A stretch of DNA of 64,000 nucleotides from the NCBI GenBank assembly GCA_964187785.1, contig OZ076409.1, positions 57,910,001-57,974,000 on the forward strand, read 5' to 3'. Positions 59,260-64,000 of the stretch are shown piece after piece. A program made the translations under genes and the position numbers. The notes beneath the pieces were generated by a model. That model made no database searches, was not told where the DNA came from, and worked only from the letters and a program-made list of their open reading frames with translations. This stretch comes from Amphiscolops sp. MND2022 (lineage: Eukaryota). Positions within the stretch are counted from its first letter, which is position 1. Each line of letters starts with the position of its first letter.

Positions 59260-62200
59260 TCAGTTTTGAGTTTGAGAACTTTCTTCCTTAGTGATAGCGT
59301 CTAGCATCCGAAAATCAGGATGTGCATTAGGTCTAGGATTAGGTCGTAGGTTATATCTTCCCGTTTTTCTAGGATTGTATCCGACAACTATAGGCGGCAA
59401 TGTAGGCGGTATTGGGGGACTTTCTGTAGGCGGCGGGGTCATTATGAAAGGGTTATCACTGACGTCTAAGTTGAATGACGTGTTATCTCCGGAGGATGTT
59501 TTATCCATCATTGTATTCTCATCTGCAGTTGTTGTAACTGTTTCATGGTCCGTTGCATCTCCGTCTTCAGTTTGTACTTCCGTGATAGTAGCTTCTTCAT
59601 TGTCGTTTTCCGTTGGGGTTCCGAACAGAACTTCTCCGAATTCGGTTTCCCAAGCTTGCGCGTACCAATCATCATGGGTTGTTTTAACCTCGGGATCTGG
59701 AAGCTGATCTTCCACTTTGACTGTTACGTCAGGTACTCGCTGATTGGGCGCGTATAGCCTTAGGCGAATTCTATGGAGGGTTTGCGTATATCTTGTTCCC
59801 GTCCGTCTTACGACGTAATTGTTATTGGAAAGGACTTTGACCACTATATATGGTCCTGTCCAAATGCAATCTTTGAAAGCGAATTTCATTGACTGGTTAT
59901 CAGCCTTCGGGTTCAGGACGTAGCAATAGTCATTGATTTTCAATGGCGTTGCTGTCGCTTTTTTATCATAATATCGCTTATACTTCAAATATGATTGCAT
60001 GAGGTTGTCCTTGGCTGACTGGTGGATTTCAGCGATTTGCTTTTGTAATTCGTCCGTTAGGTCTTCGTTAGCGTCTTTTTTCCATTCTGGCTTGAGTCCC
60101 AGTTTAATATCCAGAATGTTGTACGGGATGCGTCCGTGGAATACTGTTGTCGGTTCGCAGCCTAGGCTTTCATGGTAGCTTGTGTTGTAGTTCATTACTG
60201 CAATTTGTACATATTTATGCCACATTGAACGTCGTTCTCCCGTTGATATTTTTAAGGACGTTTTTAGTGATGCATGCGTTCTCTCAAGTATTCCAATCGT
60301 TTGTGCGTGTTTCGTTGATGCGTGACTAATCCGTATGTCGAGAGTTTGTGCTATCTGGTTTACGACATCTGATCGGAATTGTGATCCTTTGTCGGTGAGG
60401 ATTATTGTAGGCAGGTAACAATGACGTGTCATTACGTCAATTATGCATCGGCCTACTGTTCTGGCTGTCATGTCCTGCGTAGGGTATGCGAAGAGGTATC
60501 GAGAGAAAACGTCCATCATTGTTATGATGTGCCTGTATCCATTAGATGAAGGCAAATTTGGTAGAAAGTCGACTTCTAAGCAATCCTCTGGGCCGAAGGT
60601 AAATTCCGCGTTGCTTAGCATTTTAGGGCGTATTTGTCTCGTGTCAATCCGTTTGTTGGCTATGCAGTCAGGGCAGTTGATTACCCAAGCTCTGATTTTC
60701 CGTGCGAGTCCCGGGTAATAGTATTTTGTTCGGCTTTCTTGGATCATTTCTGTTATTCCTGGATGTTTGTTGATTTTCCCGTGTAGAGTTGATAGGAGCT
60801 CGGGGACTATGTGTTTTGGTATGAGGATTTGATGATGCGTGATTGTGCCATCCTCCCCGTAGTATTTGCGCATGAGAACTCCATCTTTGACTATTATTCT
60901 TTCTTCGTGGCGTAGCAAGTTTCTCCCTCTTGGTTCAGTTTTGAGGAGATGTTTGTCAGATTCTTCGTGGAGTAGACGTAGCTTTAGTGCTTTCAAGATT
61001 GGGTCTGCATCTTGTTCGTTGCGTATTCGGGCGTTTTCTTTGATTGCTCCGAATGCATAGACTGCTGTATTGAGCGGTATGTGGACTGCTTCTGTTATTT
61101 CGGTGGATAAGTTTTGTTGTTCTTTTTCGTCCACTGCTCGTTGTTTGCTAAGAGCTTTTCTTGCAAATGTTTCCTGTTCTGATTCTTCTTCTTCATCTGG
61201 TAGGAAAAAAAGTTGTTCTTCATCAGCAACATCTGTGGACTGTAGGTTGACTTCAATGGGTGCCGTTATGATGTCGTCTCGTAACTTGAGCTGAACTTTT
61301 TCTTTTGGCGTTAATTCTAGGCGAGACAGGAAATCGGCAGCTGTGTTTTGTGACCCGGCTACATGCATGATACGGAATTTGAATTGTAGTACGTAGTCAC
61401 AAGCATTCCAGAGCGCAGGTGGCGTTGTCTTTGTTTGGAAAAACCTTGTTACCGATCTATTGTCCGTTAAAACTAGAGTTGGTAGCGTCGTTTCCCGTAA
61501 GATGTGACTGTACTCTAGGAATGCATGGTAGATGGCAAGGAACTCCTTACAGTATATTGACATTTTCAGCTGTGACAGCGAGAATACGCGGGAACCAAAA
61601 GCGACCGGTGCGAAAGTTTTCCGTTTGGAGAGTAGCTTTTTATCGTCGTTTTCTTCTATCATTACGGCATAACCTGATGCCCGGAAGCTTGCGTCCGTCA
61701 TTAGTACGTATTGTTTTTCCGCAACTGGTTGTCTGAGGGCTAGCCCACATGCTTCCGCTAGGCTTGCGTTGATGGCTTTGAAGTTGTCGACTAATTCTTC
61801 TGATATGGTGATTTTTGCATCTGCTTTTAGGAGTTCGTACATTCCAATCATTTTTTCGGACAGTCTTGGTATGTAGTTTCTGTAGTAGTTGATGAACCCA
61901 ATGTATTTCTGGACTTGTTTCTTTGACCGGGGAAATCTGATTTTTGACAAGAAACTGGTGATTTTGTGGTCTTGCGGTGCTACTCCGTGGGGTGTGATGG
62001 TTCTTCCCAGGAATTCGATTTGGGTGACACCAAAGTGGCATTTTTCAATTGTGAGTTTTAGTCCTGCCTTGCGGATGCATTTGAAGACTGCTCTGATGTT
62101 CTTAATGAGTTGTTCCGTTGTGTTGGCGGCAATTCCAATGTCGTCCACATATTGGGCACACTGGTCTGCTTTGATGACGGTGTCGAGGTATTCCCGCATG

Positions 62201-63999
62201 AAGCTCGAAAAGGCTGACAAGGCTCTACTAAGTCCTTGGGCTAGCCTACGATAGGCAAACGTTCTACTAGCAAAATTAAATGCAAGAAGTTCTACTGACC
62301 TTTGATCTGCCATTTGGAGGCAGTGATAGGCTTGTGAGCAATCTAGTTTGCAGAACAGCTGCTTCCCCGCTAGGTGTTGTGCGGCATCTGAGAGGGTGCT
62401 GATGGGGTGGTTGTTGTTTATGTAGTCATCTGAGATGAGGGCGTTGATCTTCCGTAAGTCCACTAGGAGCCGTAGTTTGCCGTTAGGTTTGCGTTGCGCG
62501 AAGATGGGGCTGGCATATTTCGAGAATGGGAGGGTTGTGATGATCCCGTATTTGTGCATCAGTGCCAATTCTACTGTGAGGTCGTCCTTGAGGTTGATGG
62601 GTACGGGGAGACTCTGTGTATATACCGGTTTGTCGTTTTTGGGAGTTAGGCATACCTTGAACTGGTTGTTCATTCCGATGTCCAGTCGGTGACGTGCAAA
62701 AATGTCATTGAATTCGACTAGGGTGGACTCTAGGTTTTCACGGTCTTCTCCCGTTATTAGTGAATCATTCCATTTGAATAGCGAGAGGAATTGTGTTCTG
62801 GATTTTTCGTCTTGTTTGGGGTCCAGTTCTTCTAATCTTTGTAGTTCGCGTAGTTCTCGTAGAATGCGTTGTTGGATGGGTTCCGATTCATCTCCGGGAT
62901 TTTCGGGAGTTGGGAACCAGAATTTCTCTTCTGTTTGTTCTGACGAATCAACTTGCATCAGTGCATTAACGTACGCAACAACATCGTCGTGTTCGGTGAG
63001 TAGATTGAGGGCTGCTATATCTACTGCTCGTATCAATTTCGTTTCTTCAGGTTTCAGTATTTGTAATTCTGCTAGTTTCGTATGTGGCGTTACTGTATAG
63101 GGGAAGTCTGTGGTGTTCGCTATTTTTATCGCGACTCGTTTGTCTCGGGCTGTTGTTATTGCTGGGGCTACTATGAGTTTTGCATTTTCGTCGAATTGTG
63201 GTAAAGGTTGTACTGTCCCAGTTATTGAGTGGTCATTGCTTGTGGTGATGGAAGCGTGGATGATCCGCGTGGCTTGGGCTGGTATGGTGTGTTTTTCTTC
63301 CGTCTTGATAGTGATGGGTTTGGGGTTGCACTTTTGTCTTTCATCTTTTAGGGCTAGAGTGATTTGTATTTTAGGAAAGTCTATTGTTCCTTGTGCAGTA
63401 TCTAGGATTGCGGAATGTTTCCGGAGGAATGCCAGGCCAATGATTGGGTAAGATGTTTTGGTCATGATGATGAAAGTCTCCTCGAACGTGTAGTCACCGA
63501 TTTTGAACTGCATTGTGTATGTTGCACGGGCTTTTTCGATTTCTGTGTTGGCATATTGTATCTTGAAAGGGGGTGGAGGTGCCTTCGCGATTATGGCTGC
63601 GTTGGCTTCAGTTTGTATCTTGTCTGCGTCTCTTTCGCTGATGACGTTGATGTAGGCTCCCGAGTCGACTAATGCATCAATTCTAGTGTTTTCAAAGTCA
63701 AGAGGAATAAAGAGCATTCTTTTCTTCTTTTTGAGGGTAATTGCTGACATTAACGGAATGTAGTCGTCGTCTTTATCATGTTGTATGAATTCTTTTATGA
63801 TGTTGAGATCATATGGCAGTTGTTGTGGGCATTCCGTTACTTCGTCGTCTGCATGATTGTTGTCCTGAGTTGGCAATTCGGATGCTATTGTTGGTGGTGA
63901 TACTGTTTGATCATCTACCCCGCGTTGTTTTTTTGCCTGTTGTGTCCATATTGTTTTATCCTCGATGCAGATGATGTTCTCTGCATCTATTGGTGTGGA
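59260..63999 (-). CDS. Ty3/gypsy pol polyprotein (PR-RT-RH-IN), intact, 5'-partial
   Basis: LVDSGA, YVDD, TDAS, HHCC (H..H..CPDC), D-D-E (EVDF/TDKG/ILER), GPY motif. The frame stays open to the window edge. Confidence 0.95.
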   Translation of the reverse strand, partial: STPIDAENIICIEDKTIWTQQAKKQRGVDDQTVSPPTIASELPTQDNNHADDEVTECPQQLPYDLNIIKEFIQHDKDDDYIPLMSAITLKKKKRMLFIPLDFENTRIDALVDSGAYINVISERDADKIQTEANAAIIAKAPPPPFKIQYANTEIEKARATYTMQFKIGDYTFEETFIIMTKTSYPIIGLAFLRKHSAILDTAQGTIDFPKIQITLALKDERQKCNPKPITIKTEEKHTIPAQATRIIHASITTSNDHSITGTVQPLPQFDENAKLIVAPAITTARDKRVAIKIANTTDFPYTVTPHTKLAELQILKPEETKLIRAVDIAALNLLTEHDDVVAYVNALMQVDSSEQTEEKFWFPTPENPGDESEPIQQRILRELRELQRLEELDPKQDEKSRTQFLSLFKWNDSLITGEDRENLESTLVEFNDIFARHRLDIGMNNQFKVCLTPKNDKPVYTQSLPVPINLKDDLTVELALMHKYGIITTLPFSKYASPIFAQRKPNGKLRLLVDLRKINALISDDYINNNHPISTLSDAAQHLAGKQLFCKLDCSQAYHCLQMADQRSVELLAFNFASRTFAYRRLAQGLSRALSAFSSFMREYLDTVIKADQCAQYVDDIGIAANTTEQLIKNIRAVFKCIRKAGLKLTIEKCHFGVTQIEFLGRTITPHGVAPQDHKITSFLSKIRFPRSKKQVQKYIGFINYYRNYIPRLSEKMIGMYELLKADAKITISEELVDNFKAINASLAEACGLALRQPVAEKQYVLMTDASFRASGYAVMIEENDDKKLLSKRKTFAPVAFGSRVFSLSQLKMSIYCKEFLAIYHAFLEYSHILRETTLPTLVLTDNRSVTRFFQTKTTPPALWNACDYVLQFKFRIMHVAGSQNTAADFLSRLELTPKEKVQLKLRDDIITAPIEVNLQSTDVADEEQLFFLPDEEEESEQETFARKALSKQRAVDEKEQQNLSTEITEAVHIPLNTAVYAFGAIKENARIRNEQDADPILKALKLRLLHEESDKHLLKTEPRGRNLLRHEERIIVKDGVLMRKYYGEDGTITHHQILIPKHIVPELLSTLHGKINKHPGITEMIQESRTKYYYPGLARKIRAWVINCPDCIANKRIDTRQIRPKMLSNAEFTFGPEDCLEVDFLPNLPSSNGYRHIITMMDVFSRYLFAYPTQDMTARTVGRCIIDVMTRHCYLPTIILTDKGSQFRSDVVNQIAQTLDIRISHASTKHAQTIGILERTHASLKTSLKISTGERRSMWHKYVQIAVMNYNTSYHESLGCEPTTVFHGRIPYNILDIKLGLKPEWKKDANEDLTDELQKQIAEIHQSAKDNLMQSYLKYKRYYDKKATATPLKINDYCYVLNPKADNQSMKFAFKDCIWTGPYIVVKVLSNNNYVVRRTGTRYTQTLHRIRLRLYAPNQRVPDVTVKVEDQLPDPEVKTTHDDWYAQAWETEFGEVLFGTPTENDNEEATITEVQTEDGDATDHETVTTTADENTMMDKTSSGDNTSFNLDVSDNPFIMTPPPTESPPIPPTLPPIVVGYNPRKTGRYNLRPNPRPNAHPDFRMLDAITKEESSQTQN

Positions 64000-64000
64000 C

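Noticed and set aside
59291..63672. Multiple plus-strand ORFs opposite pol
   Set aside because: Antisense shadows of a long coding frame with no independent motifs.

Overview
AT-rich animal (invertebrate-like) genomic DNA in two halves. 1-26.5 kb holds the 5' part of a TCF/LEF gene on the minus strand: five phase-consistent coding exons, a ~17.4-kb third intron, and the HMG box presumably beyond coordinate 1. Two identical TTAA-flanked piggyBac-type MITEs lie in intron 4. 26.5-64 kb is almost all mobile DNA: a Helentron-associated-like element carrying a tRNA-like cassette, two MULE transposase relics, a complete Ty3/gypsy element (46979-51546, TSD CAATC) and two unusual elements. (A) A 9.3-kb Maverick/Polinton-derived element (32755-42067; AGTAGT...ACTACT ends, 6-bp TSD GATTAT) that is one giant palindrome. 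Each arm carries only the protease, minor capsid, two accessory ORFs and the packaging ATPase, with no major capsid, pPolB or integrase; it resembles a snap-back, defective-interfering Maverick genome. (B) A gypsy element with an intact pol whose 3' region appears to hold an antisense, 7-coding-exon BED-finger/hAT-like gene, plus a nested sense-strand acidic ORF. All calls are from manual reading; no database searches were run.
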